Below, piece after piece: positions 1 to 12,000 of a DNA stretch of 64,000 bases (the first letter of the stretch is position 1; each line of letters starts with the position of its first letter). This DNA comes from Deltaproteobacteria bacterium (lineage in GTDB: Bacteria > Desulfobacterota > Dissulfuribacteria > Dissulfuribacterales > QOAL01). The position numbers and the translations under genes were made by a program. The notes below the pieces were generated by a model. The model saw only the letters and a program-made list of their open reading frames with translations. It made no database searches and was not told the origin of the DNA. The DNA is taken from positions 2,810 to 66,809 of the forward strand of contig JALWNK010000023.1 of NCBI GenBank assembly GCA_026995935.1, in the 5' to 3' direction.

Positions 1-263
1 AGATATTTCCCTTGGCCTGGTTCCGGGCCTTGCCCCGCCTTTGCTCATCGCCTTTTAAACCATGTTTCCAGGGTTAGGATAACCGCATTTCTGTGAAAAT
101 CTTAAGTTTACAAAAGGCTTATGTAAATTTTTACCTACAAAGGGAAAAATTTTTCACACAAAAAACGAAAAGTATGGAGCATCTGTTTTCTTCTTGGTTT
201 TCCAATAGCTTGTCATCTTTTTGCCTCCTAAGAAATCCATCTTAAAGAAAATATTCATGTAAA

Positions 264-279
264 CCATAAAAGTTTATGG
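264..279. promoter_or_regulatory. 16-bp palindrome CCATAAA-AG-TTTATGG, candidate upstream activating site
   Basis: Perfect 7-bp inverted arms separated by 2 nt. Centred about 95 bp upstream of the sigma-54-like element at 361-376, a spacing typical of enhancer-binding-protein sites. No binding data. Confidence 0.3.
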
Positions 280-360
280 ATTCTTTTTCCTGCTTACAAG
301 GGTAAGCTTATGATTTTTCGGGAAAAATGGTCATAAAATCACCGGCCCAACTTCTTTTTT

Positions 361-376
361 TGGTAAAGAATTTGCG
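361..376 (+). promoter_or_regulatory. candidate sigma-54 (-24/-12) promoter TGGTAA-AGAAT-TTGCG
   Basis: GG-N10-GC spacing, and TGG...TTGC matches the TGGCAC-N5-TTGCW consensus. Ends 54 nt upstream of the ATG at 430. Confidence 0.45.
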
Positions 377-429
377 AACTAGAAAGTAACAAAAAGAATT
401 CTTTGACTCAAAATATTTAGGAGGGATAA

Positions 430-1227
430 ATGGATACGAAGGCCAAGTCTCTTTTAATCGCTGGTATGGTATTCTTTGCCTTTTTATTCGGTTTTGTGCA
501 AGAACAGATGGTATGTGCGCTAGATTTTGAATTTGGGACGTTGGACTTTAATAACTACCAAGACAGTTGGGGTTATAATTATGGCGAGATTGACGTGGTG
601 AACACTACTGGGTCGACCGGGGGCTTATTGCCAGGAGTGGATTTTTATGATGGCGAAATTTGGTTTAGCTTGGCCGAAGATGGCTCAGGGACAAATATGG
701 CCAATTATCATTTAATTTTAGGAGATCTAAATTATTCGGATGACTACCTTGATCCATATATCGATATATATTTTCATACTCATGATTCGAATACGGACAC
801 TTATAGTGATGGTGAAGGGGTCTCAAGTATTCCGTCCGGTGATAGCCTTATAAATATAGTTATTTCAAATGACCCGAACTTGGATTACACACATTTATTG
901 ATTCCTTTTTACGATCCTAATTATAATTCCATATACATAAAAGACTTAAAATTCGTCGGGAAAGTAGACTTAAACAACGTATCAATCGTAAAAAACGGTG
1001 TTTCTTATTATTATGATGGTACCTTAGATGTTTCAGGAGAGTTATTCACCGACAATTGGTATTCAGTTAACAATGTAGCTGGTGTTTCCGGTTCTTCCGC
1101 TTCTATTTACGGTAACATTCCAGAGGGTCAGCCACCTGCCCCGGTCCCAGAACCTTCCACCCTGATATTACTCTCTTCTGGCTTGGTAGGGATTGTTTTT
1201 CGAAAGAAAGTCAAAATTACCCGATAG
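430..1227 (+). CDS. PEP-CTERM sorting-signal protein (D/Y/N-rich secreted protein)
   Basis: 265-aa ORF with RBS AGGAGGG upstream and an N-terminal hydrophobic signal-like segment. The C-terminus PAPVPEPSTLILLSSGLVGIVFRKKVK has the PEP motif, a TM helix and a basic cluster, which is the PEP-CTERM architecture. Confidence 0.85.
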   Translation: MDTKAKSLLIAGMVFFAFLFGFVQEQMVCALDFEFGTLDFNNYQDSWGYNYGEIDVVNTTGSTGGLLPGVDFYDGEIWFSLAEDGSGTNMANYHLILGDLNYSDDYLDPYIDIYFHTHDSNTDTYSDGEGVSSIPSGDSLINIVISNDPNLDYTHLLIPFYDPNYNSIYIKDLKFVGKVDLNNVSIVKNGVSYYYDGTLDVSGELFTDNWYSVNNVAGVSGSSASIYGNIPEGQPPAPVPEPSTLILLSSGLVGIVFRKKVKITR

Positions 1228-1269
1228 CCATTTCCATGCCCAAAGAGCTTTAAAGGAGGAGGCTGGGTC

Positions 1270-4200
1270 ATGAATAGAAAGGTATTCGTAAAAATCCTGT
1301 TATCCATAATAGCAATAGCCATCTTGATCCCGTTTTATGCATTTGCCGATCCCGTTCTCATCAATCTTTCTCCAAACCGGGGAAGGATCGGCTCCTCGGT
1401 TACTGCAACTGTTCGCTACCTCGATCTCCAGTCGCAGGAACAAAACAGGGTGTTTATCAATGGTGTCCTTGCACCTGTAAGAAGGGTATACGGTGTTACT
1501 GGAAGCGAGGACCTTGGCAAGGTCCTTTTCTTCATACCGCCAAACGTGATTTCCGAGCCCAACACCAGCCCCATAACTTTGCAAGTCACTGTTGAGGTGG
1601 ACGGGGTTCAGTCCAATTCACTTGATTATACCCTATACCCCAGCCCCATGATTACGGATGTAGATCCAGCAAACGGCCTTCAAGGTGAGCAGAAAAACGT
1701 CACTATAAAGGTGGCTAATGTACGCCTAAGGTCCAGAGGACTACGCGTTGATTTTGGTGATGGTATCCAGGTATCAAATGTTGATGTGACCAGTCCAAAT
1801 ACCATTTTGGTTTCAATTACAATTGCCGATGACGCAGAACCCGGCCTGAGAGACGTAACCATTCGAATGGGAAGGGGGCGTCTAAAAAAAATTGGAGGAT
1901 TTACGGTTTCCGCACCGGCTACCGCTGCTGGTTTAAGGCTTGATGTTAACCGGGTCACAAGTCCTGTCTTTTCGAAGTCCGTTGTCATTTCGGGTACTGT
2001 AAATAAAGGTACGGGAGGTGGCTCCAATGCCACAACTCCTGAAGTGCCTCCCATTATCACTGCTATTCTTCCCTCAAGTGGTGCCCAGGGTCAGGAATTG
2101 ATATTGGAAATCAAGGGACAGAATACCCATTTTTCCGCAAATTCGACCCAGTTGTCATTTGGACCTGGAATCGAAGTCCTTGAGGCCAATGTCACTTCAC
2201 AGACAAGCATAATTGCAAGGATCAAAATAGATAGCTCTGCATCTACAGGAGGCAGGCACGTAATCGCCGTTAGTGGTGCAGAGGAAGCCACGAGTGTATT
2301 GGCGTTCAACGTTGTTGCAGGTTCCTTGACCATTACAGGAAAGGTGGTTGATGAAAACGGAAACCCAATACCTGGAGCAGAGGTTTCCATAAAGGGCTAC
2401 AACCTGAAGACCAAAACCGATCCAAGTGGGACCTTTACAATTATTAACGTACCTGCAGGCGATCAGACATTAGTCATAAATGCCAGGAACTTTGCCTCCA
2501 CAGAATACAAAATAAGTGGAGAAAACGGCCAAACCTTGGATTTTGCAAGCGTTCCCATAAGGCTTGAGCGGAAGGCAGCCCCACCATCGTCGACTAATAC
2601 CCCAACCCTGCTTTCTGTGTTGAGTCAAGGCGCCAACAGATTGATAGCCCCAACAAGCATAGAAGAAACAAAGCAGCTTATTATCAACTCCATTATTTCC
2701 GTTGGTGGACGTGAAATTGGTGTCATGGATGCAAATGGCACCCAAATGAATCCACAGATAGACGGTGAGGGGATAGTATCCCTTACAGACAGCGGCTTAG
2801 AAAATATGGCCAAAAAGTGGGCCATAGGCAGAGAAATATTCCGGCTGAGTGATGCGTTTTTCTTTTTTAATTCTGTAGTGAGTTGGAATCCTTCACCTCC
2901 AGATTACAAGACATGGTTAGACGTGTTCAACAGGGGCCTTGAAACTATCTGGAATGATCCTTCTGCACCTGGTAACTCCCTATTTGTCCTGGTATTTAAC
3001 AAGGGATCTGTCGTCTCGAGTCAACCGCCTAAATTATCGATTGATACCACACTGAATCCGCTGCAGATGTTTCTATTAGTCAACAGCTTCATGACATACA
3101 TTGAAGAAACCTACAGCTCAAACAATACTGCACAACAAAACGCAAGTGCATTAATGGTTGCAAACCTTGATGAACAGTACCGAGGTATCCTTTCTGACTC
3201 CAACAACCAGTTTATCATGTTGGCAGACAATGATGATAATAGTAATGGCCAATCTGGTACCGTATATTATGACATTGGAACTACTTGGCACGAGGTCATT
3301 CATCCAGCTTTAGCGGACTATGCTACTGGTTATATTGATAACTCCTTAATAGAAATGGCATTTGATATTTATACCAGTTACATAGATAAAGATTTACAAC
3401 GTGCCTTCTTAATAGAGGGTGTTGAAAAAACATACTCCATTTGGAACACCCGTGCTGATATTGTAAAGGGCGTTATTAGTGGTATGGCTGGCAAAGCTGT
3501 CCAATACTTATATAAACCGATTCTTGACAAATTCAAAAACAGCTTAATTAGGTACGGTGCCCCTGAACCGCCACGCATAATAAGCATTTTGAGTATCAAG
3601 ACAAAATTTGGCGTTGATAACATATTGATATTTGAACCCAGCCCCGGGGACAGGCAACAAACTACATTGCCAAGATTTTATTATGAAATTAGCCGTAAAG
3701 ATTCTTCATCTAAGGTAACCAAGATAGTAAAACCTAGTAGTTTTTTCAAAAAAACCGAGGATGGGCACCTGTTTTACGTGGATCATTCACCACCTCCAGG
3801 AGGCGTCAGTTATTTCCTACGAAGTTACATAAGACGTTCCCGCTATGTTCCTATGAGTATGACTTGGGGGAATAATATAGCATGGAGTTTCTTATCGGCA
3901 TCATTGCCAGCCGGTGCAAATGTACTTAATGCCTTACAAGATGTGCTCACTATGGCTGATGAGATATACCACGGATTGATTTTCCAAAAAAGTGACATGA
4001 TTGGCCCGTATTCTCTGGTAGTAAACCCCCAGCCGACCAATGATCATAATATTGATATAGTCGTTGATCCAGAGCATGGGAAAGAGTACGTCAGTATTGG
4101 ATCACTGGGATATATTTACGTAAATGGCCCTAACGGCTGGTCTCCCATTATCAATACCTATTTTGCCAAACCTCATAACAAGGGGTTGGCAATAGACAGC

Positions 4201-5970
4201 AATGGCTGGTTATTTACTGAAAACGCAGCCTCAGAGGATCAATTTGGAGGAAGAATATTTGGCTTCAAGGATCCCTTTCGTATTACTCCTGGACAGATTC
4301 ATACAACAGAAGATAGATACCTGGTTGGCACTGTAAACTATTACAGTCCCGTTCTGCATTATGCAAACCCGGTTTCCCTGATAGATATGACAATGGGAGA
4401 TTGGTACAACTACTTTAAAAGCTCTTATTTGAATTTGGGGGCTTCTCTTCCAAACGATACGAATCCTGGTGCCTTGATGGATGCAGCAAACTCCATTCTA
4501 GCCACGGGAGGCAGAGGAGGCGGTGCGAATAGTTCTTCTTCAGCAGGTCCAGATATAGATAGCGAAAGCATAGGTATTTTAAATTTTGCTGACCAGTCCT
4601 TTAAGGTGCTCGACAGACGGTATGGAGAGCCAGCTCCACAATGGCCAGAGAGAAACGTTGCACACACTATTTGCCGATTCAATCATGAGATTGAGGCCGA
4701 TTCACACATTAGACAACACCCACTTTACAGTGGATTATCCTTTGTCAATTCGGGAGACAACGTGTATTTCTTTGACGACTTCTGGTTATGCGGTAACTCC
4801 CATAGGCTTTTTAGTAACGATTCCGGTGAACTGCCTTTCGCACATATTTCGGATATTTTCTTAGACAATACCGGAAATCTCTTCCTGTCAGATTCTGAAC
4901 GAGGAAAGTTGTATGTTGTTCGAGCAGACTTAGTACTGAGGGGATCAATTGGTCCTTCGGATATCTGTGTTTTACCATACAACTTTAATCATCCCTTTAC
5001 TATTGAAGGTAGTGCGGACGAAGAGGACTTGCTTGTCGCTGATTATAATGGAATTCATAAGGTTCCTTTATTAGTGCCTTATAGTATAGCCAGCAATGAG
5101 ATTGCTCTATTTAATGCATCAACCATTTTAACTGAAAAAGATGGGGCAATCTCACCTGTCTATTATTGTAACGGATCCAGAGACAGAATTCTTTTACCAA
5201 AACCTGATGACAGTAAGCCAGTTAAACTTATTTTAAAGCCCAATAATCCTGATAAGGGTGATGAGATTATAAAAGTATCTAGTGACAGCACACAAATATG
5301 TTACTTGGAACCGCCCAACTCCAGTACGTCAGACAATGTCACCATCGAATGGGGTGATCCGAAACATTTTGACTTTAACATGCAGCTTTCTCAAGAGGAT
5401 GCAGGCAAACTCATCGTCAGAAGCATCGAATTACCCGTTGCCAGGCTGGTCAGACATGATGAGGTAACAAATGCTCCAGACGCGGTTTTGACTCCAAACA
5501 TAGTTATTCCCCATATTGTTGATAGGCCGTGCGGCGAGACATCGCCTATAGTCCTTTTTGCACCCAAAACCGTCAAATCTACGGCTCAGACAGTTGATAT
5601 AAGGGGAATGGTCACAGATTCATCCATTTCTAATGTGATCGTGAAAGACGATAGTGGACATGTGAAAATGGGTCCTGTTAATGGCGGACAGTTTGATGCC
5701 AATGTCACCGTACATCAAGGCAGAATAAAAATAGAGATAATAGCAAAATCAGGCGATAGACACTGGCTTGTCACGCGGTATGTGGATACAGATAGTAGTG
5801 ATTACGCTACGGTGGCGGGCATAGTGGTAGATATCGTAACGAAGATCCCTATATCCTTCGCACGTATTGAAATACCAGAATTTGGTATCGAAACCTTCAC
5901 GGATGACAAGGGTTATTTTTCGATAAAGGTTCCGGTAAACAACAACTTTACTCTAAGGGTCCATCAATAA
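1270..5970 (+). CDS. giant secreted multidomain protein: IPT/TIG repeats, CarboxypepD_reg-like domains, HExxH gluzincin-like core, NHL/beta-propeller-like region
   Basis: 1566-aa ORF with RBS AAAGGAGGAGG and signal peptide MNRKVFVKILLSIIAIAILIPFYAFA. Three IPT/TIG-like Ig units (for example PPIITAILPSSGAQGQELILEIKGQNTHF). Carboxypeptidase-regulatory-like sandwiches (TITGKVVDENGNPIPGAEVSIKG...; C-terminal FTDDKGYFSIKV). HEVIH at aa 674 with E at aa 695. NHL-like strings (GLAIDSNGWLFTEN, LFLSDSERGKLYVV). Confidence 0.85.
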   Translation: MNRKVFVKILLSIIAIAILIPFYAFADPVLINLSPNRGRIGSSVTATVRYLDLQSQEQNRVFINGVLAPVRRVYGVTGSEDLGKVLFFIPPNVISEPNTSPITLQVTVEVDGVQSNSLDYTLYPSPMITDVDPANGLQGEQKNVTIKVANVRLRSRGLRVDFGDGIQVSNVDVTSPNTILVSITIADDAEPGLRDVTIRMGRGRLKKIGGFTVSAPATAAGLRLDVNRVTSPVFSKSVVISGTVNKGTGGGSNATTPEVPPIITAILPSSGAQGQELILEIKGQNTHFSANSTQLSFGPGIEVLEANVTSQTSIIARIKIDSSASTGGRHVIAVSGAEEATSVLAFNVVAGSLTITGKVVDENGNPIPGAEVSIKGYNLKTKTDPSGTFTIINVPAGDQTLVINARNFASTEYKISGENGQTLDFASVPIRLERKAAPPSSTNTPTLLSVLSQGANRLIAPTSIEETKQLIINSIISVGGREIGVMDANGTQMNPQIDGEGIVSLTDSGLENMAKKWAIGREIFRLSDAFFFFNSVVSWNPSPPDYKTWLDVFNRGLETIWNDPSAPGNSLFVLVFNKGSVVSSQPPKLSIDTTLNPLQMFLLVNSFMTYIEETYSSNNTAQQNASALMVANLDEQYRGILSDSNNQFIMLADNDDNSNGQSGTVYYDIGTTWHEVIHPALADYATGYIDNSLIEMAFDIYTSYIDKDLQRAFLIEGVEKTYSIWNTRADIVKGVISGMAGKAVQYLYKPILDKFKNSLIRYGAPEPPRIISILSIKTKFGVDNILIFEPSPGDRQQTTLPRFYYEISRKDSSSKVTKIVKPSSFFKKTEDGHLFYVDHSPPPGGVSYFLRSYIRRSRYVPMSMTWGNNIAWSFLSASLPAGANVLNALQDVLTMADEIYHGLIFQKSDMIGPYSLVVNPQPTNDHNIDIVVDPEHGKEYVSIGSLGYIYVNGPNGWSPIINTYFAKPHNKGLAIDSNGWLFTENAASEDQFGGRIFGFKDPFRITPGQIHTTEDRYLVGTVNYYSPVLHYANPVSLIDMTMGDWYNYFKSSYLNLGASLPNDTNPGALMDAANSILATGGRGGGANSSSSAGPDIDSESIGILNFADQSFKVLDRRYGEPAPQWPERNVAHTICRFNHEIEADSHIRQHPLYSGLSFVNSGDNVYFFDDFWLCGNSHRLFSNDSGELPFAHISDIFLDNTGNLFLSDSERGKLYVVRADLVLRGSIGPSDICVLPYNFNHPFTIEGSADEEDLLVADYNGIHKVPLLVPYSIASNEIALFNASTILTEKDGAISPVYYCNGSRDRILLPKPDDSKPVKLILKPNNPDKGDEIIKVSSDSTQICYLEPPNSSTSDNVTIEWGDPKHFDFNMQLSQEDAGKLIVRSIELPVARLVRHDEVTNAPDAVLTPNIVIPHIVDRPCGETSPIVLFAPKTVKSTAQTVDIRGMVTDSSISNVIVKDDSGHVKMGPVNGGQFDANVTVHQGRIKIEIIAKSGDRHWLVTRYVDTDSSDYATVAGIVVDIVTKIPISFARIEIPEFGIETFTDDKGYFSIKVPVNNNFTLRVHQ

Positions 5971-6002
5971 TTGTTAAAGGAAGTTATTAAAGGAGAAAAA
6001 CA

Positions 6003-9000
6003 ATGACAAACAGAAAAGAAAAGGTTTCAACTTTTAGTCCAGTCTTTTTCTTTCTGTTTTTAATATTGTTCAACCTTACTTATGAAAATAATAGTTTGGC
6101 AGATGTCGACGTTGACATTACCGGAGGTGGTATCACTAAATCTCAAACAATTCAGGGAGATGGTGGCAATTTTACATTTAGTGTGCCATTAAAGCCCAAT
6201 ACTCTGAACATATTTCGGGTAGGTGCTAGAGATGATGCAGGCAATGTAGCTACCTCTGAAGCTATTGAAATTACGCAGGTAAGTCTTGACAAGGTGGTCG
6301 TTGCAAAGGCGACCAGTGAAAGGCTTTCTACTTCGGAAGTACATGATTTGGTTCGCCGTGGTGTCATAGACCTTTCCAACCCAGAAAATTATCACGTAAC
6401 TAAATTCGATGTTGTTTTTACTGTAAATAACAGGCCGTATAAAGTGATCAGATACGTTGCCAGGAAGCAGACCGAGGTTGTGGTTTCAGAGCATGTGGAA
6501 CTTCCAAAGGATTCTGGTAGGGGCGGCGGAAATGATCAACAACAGCCCGTTGTGAAAATGATTGACTTTGAGTTACCCGATTTAGGAGGGATTTCACCGC
6601 CACCAATACCAGGCCTACTAATAATCGATGGGAAGATAAAGACCTTAAAGGAATTTTTCAAGGTTAAACTGTTATTACTGAACACGTCACAAATATTTGA
6701 TTTACAAGATGTAAAGGCAAAGATTTTTGTCCCTGCTGGGTTGACGAACATTTCTCCGAAATCAGGAGAGAATTTTTTTGGAGATATAGGCCATGGAAAT
6801 GAGCTATCGAAAAAGTGGATTGTGAGGGGCGATAGGATCGGCCACTATGATATAAGGTTGCAATTTGCTGGAAATCTAATAGGCCCTGGTTTCGATAAGC
6901 CTGTTCCCATAACTGGCAGTGCCTCCACGCAAATAGAGGTAAAGGGGCCACCGCATCTTGCCGTGGTCCTTGAACACCCAGACTATATAGAAAGAAACAA
7001 GCCCTACCAACTCCTTGTAAATATCACAAATACATCAGATATACCTGCCAATTTCGCTAGTCTTGCCCTTGCTCTGGGAAAAAATCTTAGATTTAACGAC
7101 GAAAACGGCCCCAAAATCGATAGTCGCGATTTGGGAGACATACTTCCAGGTCAGACCGTGACCCAGGCATTTACTGTTTATCCAGAAGTCAGTGGTGAAA
7201 TTACTTCTTGTGTAGGTGGTGCCTCAAGCAACCTTCAGCTTTTTGTAAAGGTGGGTGAAAAGAGTTGTGCCGTGGGTACCTATGAGGCTCAAAGCAAGGC
7301 TCCTAGTGAGAGGGCGGCCATTAGGATAGTTCCAGTTAATGGGGAACAGGATGTTGCAGTGGATACTGAACCAACCATATTTTTCTCAAAACCAGTTAAT
7401 CACGCCACCCTTTCCACTGGAAGTGCGGGTACGACTGTAATCCTTTCGACCTTGGACGGACAAATAGTTCCCACATTCCTGAGATTCACGACACTTCCCT
7501 CGGGTGAGGAGGCCGTATCGTTGGGCCATCAGGGGCCCCTGGCGTATAATACCACTTATGTTTTGACGGTTTCCCCTGACATCTACGATATAAATGGAAC
7601 GAGGATAGCTTCGGGGATGTCAGTTCGTTTCAAGACCTCCCCAAGTCCACTGTCTGCAGATACCACTCCCCCAGATATATCCATAGTTATTCCTGGAAAT
7701 ATAGATGTAAATAGTGTGGTCCCAGGATCACTTTTTAAAATTACAGCAATGGCGCAAGACAGCTCTGGAATAGCCCGCGTAGAGTACCTGTTGGATGGAA
7801 AGGTGCAGTCAGTCCTTGATTCTTATCCCTACATATTTGCTATTGACACAAATGGGCTCGAGCCAGGTTCTTCGCATGAACTGAAGTTTCGTGCCATTGA
7901 TAAAGCAGGAAACGGAGCCGAGACAGTCCAGGATATCGTCTTGGCACAGGAGGATACTGTTCCGCCCCAGGTAAGTGTGAACCTTGACAAGGATTCCGTT
8001 TTGCAGGGCCAGAAGTTGAGCGCTGTTGCCGCAGTAACGGACAACGGCGGAATCGACCATGTGGAATTCCGTCTCGATGGAAGCGGGAGAAGTATATGCC
8101 TTCTGAATATTTCGCCGTATGCCTGTAACGTTGATACGTCTTCCATTTCCGCCGGTACGCACCAACTCCTTGTAATAGCTAGAGATTCTTCGGGAAACGA
8201 AGGCCAGGCAAATGCCTCCTTCACTGTGATAAGAGATACATCTCCTCCTGTCCTTGAAATCAGTGAACCAAAGGGCACGGTTCAACTACTAAAGGGCACC
8301 GGGCTTCCAGTTAAGGTAACTGCAACAGATAATTTCACGGTCAGGTCAATTAATTATTACTTAGATGGTAGCAGCACCCCGTTCGCTACAGGTAACACGG
8401 CCTATGTAAGTACGGATGACCTTAATCAAGGCGGCCATGAAGTTAGGGTTGTGGCTACTGATGTGAGTGGAAATACTGCCACAAAAGGGGTCCAATTTAC
8501 AGTTCTTTTGCCCCCTCAACCAGGTCCAAACCCTCCAGAGGCCGTAAATGCATCCAAGGTTAAAATACTACCTGCGGCCCCGGATGTTTTTAATATCATT
8601 GGGGAGCAAGGGGCGTCACCCTACCTTCACAAAATAGAGGCACGGTTATCTAGTGGAGTAACTTTCATTTCGAGCAGTGACGTGTCTGGTTCTTTTCTTA
8701 TAAAGGTTGCATGTAATCCTGGTTCCGAGGTCACCTTGTACGTTATAGACGCGGACGGCAAAAGAAGTTCACCCGTCACTCTTACCATTCCTAGCATTAC
8801 CTTGGTTCATGTTGACCCTTCTGAAATCAATTTCAATAGGATAGGTGAGCAGGTTGTACCATCTTATTCTCTCGTTTTCTCAAATGGAGAAGACCTTGGT
8901 ATCGACCCTCAAACGGTTGATGTGGTGGTGGAAGATACCTCCATTGCCAAAATCGCATCAAATGGCGCGGTTACGGCAATTTCAAATGGCTCCACTGAAC

Positions 9001-12000
9001 TTTCTGTCTCTTATCCCGGACTTAATACCGTTGTAATTCCTATTCATGTGAATGCAAAGAGACTTGTTGATATTGCCGTATCACCCGGAAGCCTTGTTTT
9101 CCAGGATAAAGGAGAAAAGAAACGCCTTAGCGTGGTTGCCTCCTATTCGGACGGAACCAGTTCAAATCTTTATTCGGGGGTAAACTATTCTATTGATCAG
9201 CCCAACATAGCAAGTGTCTCAAGTTCGGGCTGGGTAACTGCACTTAGTAACGGTTCTGCAACTATAAGGGTTAAGGCAGACTCTATTATCAAAGAAATTC
9301 CTGTAACTGTCTCTATTAGGCACCCGGTTTCCCTCTCTGTATCCCCAAATCTGATAAACTTTTCAAACTCTAGCGATCACGCCCAGTTGCGGGTAATCAT
9401 GAACTACGATAACGGAACCACCAAGGATATTACTGCAATAGCGAACTATTCTTCGAGCAATACGGCCGTTTGTCGGGTCACATCATCTGGCCTTGTAATA
9501 CCCTGGCAACAAGAAGGCAATTCTATAATTACCGTTAGTTATGATGGCTTAACATCGGTATCTGTCTCTGTCACATTTGCTCGCGCAAGGGTAACTGCCA
9601 TAGAAGTTTCGCCGTCTCGCATCGATTTCGACGAGCCAGGTGCGACAAGACAGCTCTCTATTATGTACAGGATGTCCGACGGTTCATACCGGACAGGACA
9701 ATTCGACGAACTTCAGCTTTCATCAAACGATGAGTCAGTAGCCACCGTTGACCCGGATGGAATCGTCCATGCGGTAGGTATTGGTGAAACCAATTTGGTT
9801 ATTGTCTATACTCCTGATCCTAGTGTGCCTGTTGTTACAGTGCCTGTAACGGTTGCTGATTTATCTAGCCTTCCCTCAGAACCTCCTGAGATTACAGGGA
9901 TTCCAAGGACCGTTCTTGGAGTTGGTGATCATTTGGTGATTTTTGCAACCAACCTTTCTGACAACATTGCACTCGATCATGTATTTGTGGGTAATGTGGA
10001 GTTAAAAGTTACCTCTGTGGCAAAGGGTATGATAGTCGCTGAGATTAGTCCTGGCACTGAATCTGGCCCAGTCTCCCTCCGCGTTTATGATAAAGATAGC
10101 GTAAATCAGGTTGACGTTACAATCCTTCCGAGAAAGGCAAAAACCTACAAGATAACAGATAAATTTGTGGTAGCTGGGGTAAGCAGTACCTGGAATCTCG
10201 CTCAGACAAGCCTGGAATATGTTGAAGGAGATGATGTTGTCATATCTGGTGCCTGGGACCTTACTACAGCTCCGAGCTGGACAGGGCACCTGTTCTTGCA
10301 GGTGGACGACAGTCAGCCTGTGGAGCTTTCGCAATCCGGCTCTCCTGTTGATCTGACTCCCTATCTTACTGAGGGAAAGCATGTCTTGAAGTTTTCCATC
10401 TCCTCGGTTAGCGGACAGCCCATACCGGGAAATGAACTGGCAACTGTATATGTTCCCGCAGCAACCATGCCGTTTGATGGGGCGGGTGAGGGAGATGGTA
10501 CAACTAGTGTAGAGGCCATTTCCCTTTCAGCAGGCCAAACCGTCGTGATTTCAGCAGAAGGTACGGCCCATGACGGAGCACACGCAAGTGGACCAGATGG
10601 ATACGCTACTTGCAGTAGTTCATGTGCGGTCGATGGATTCCAAAAAATGGAACTCCTTGGAAGATTCAACAGTGAGGAGCCTTTTGCTATAGGTTCCGGT
10701 CCCATGGTCTTTACTGCCCCGGAAGACGGCACACTATACCTTGGTATCAATGATAACAGTTACGGTGATAATACTGGTGGTTATACGGTTCACATTCTGG
10801 AGGCACAAACCGGTTCAGGTGTGGCAACTGATGGATTGTATCTCCAGGCCGGGCCACCAGGTACGGGAATATTTGCAGGAATAAGGGAGCTTTTGGCTGA
10901 CGGGGCTGACAGGCGCTTTCCAGTGACATTTACTGGTCTTAATCTTCCTGATGGAACGAAGGTAGGAGTTACGGCCGTGAATCACGGAACGAACTATAAT
11001 GGCCATCCTGTGGGTTCAGCAGGTGGTTCTATCATAGGTGGTGAGAGTTCCAATTACAGTGGATTCAAGGTGTTTACGATCCAAAATGGCAAGGTAACCG
11101 TAACCTACTCTGATAGTGGGATTGTTTATGGTCCTGGAATTACAAATACAGCCCGTATTCAGCTTGTACCTGCCAATGACCAGAATCACATAACCAGTTT
11201 TAATGCTATATCGGTGGCAGAGGTACAGCTTGCCGGTATATCCACGGGTTCCTTTATCTTGTCCCAGGCCTCTGTAATAGCAGACGGCTCTGCCAATACG
11301 GTGCACTTTACCCTGACAGATATTCGTGACGCCCTTGGGAACTTAGTGCCTGATGGAACGAAGGTAGGAGTTACGGCCGTGAATCACGGAACGAACTATA
11401 ATGGCCATCCTGTAAGTTCAGCAGGAGGTTCTATCATAGGTGGTGAGAATTCCAATTACAGTGGATTCAAGGTGTTTACGGTCCAAAACGGCAGAGTAGA
11501 AGGTGAATACAGCACTGGCTCCATTGTAGTGAGTGGGCAGGAGACAAAAACCGCAAGGCTCCAGGCCGTAGTTGCTATGCCTAATAATCATATAGGGTCG
11601 TTCTCGTCCTTTGCAGTAACTCCAATAATATTGTCGGCACCTTTTTCCGACGCCTCTGAAGTTGTTGTATCACCCGGATCCATTGTTGCGGATGGAGGAA
11701 ATAACACAGTTCAAATCACATTCCTAAATCTACGTGATGCCCTTGGGAACCTGGTGCCTGATGGAACGAAGGTAGGAGTTACGGCCGTGAATCACGGAAC
11801 GAACTATAATGGCCATCCTGTAAGTTCAGCAGGAGGTTCTATCATAGGTGGTGAGAATTCCAATTACAGTGGATTCAAGGTATTTACAGTCCAAAATGGC
11901 AAGGTAACCGTAACCTATTCTGATAGTGGAATTGTTTTAGGTCCTGGAATTACAAAGACAGCCCGTATCCAGCTTGTACCTGCCAACGACCAGAATCACA

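Noticed and set aside
1-48. Possible start of a minus-strand gene (ATGAGCAAAGGCGGGGCAAGG... reading out of the window from ~46).
   Set aside because: Only ~15 codons are visible, so it cannot be supported or identified.
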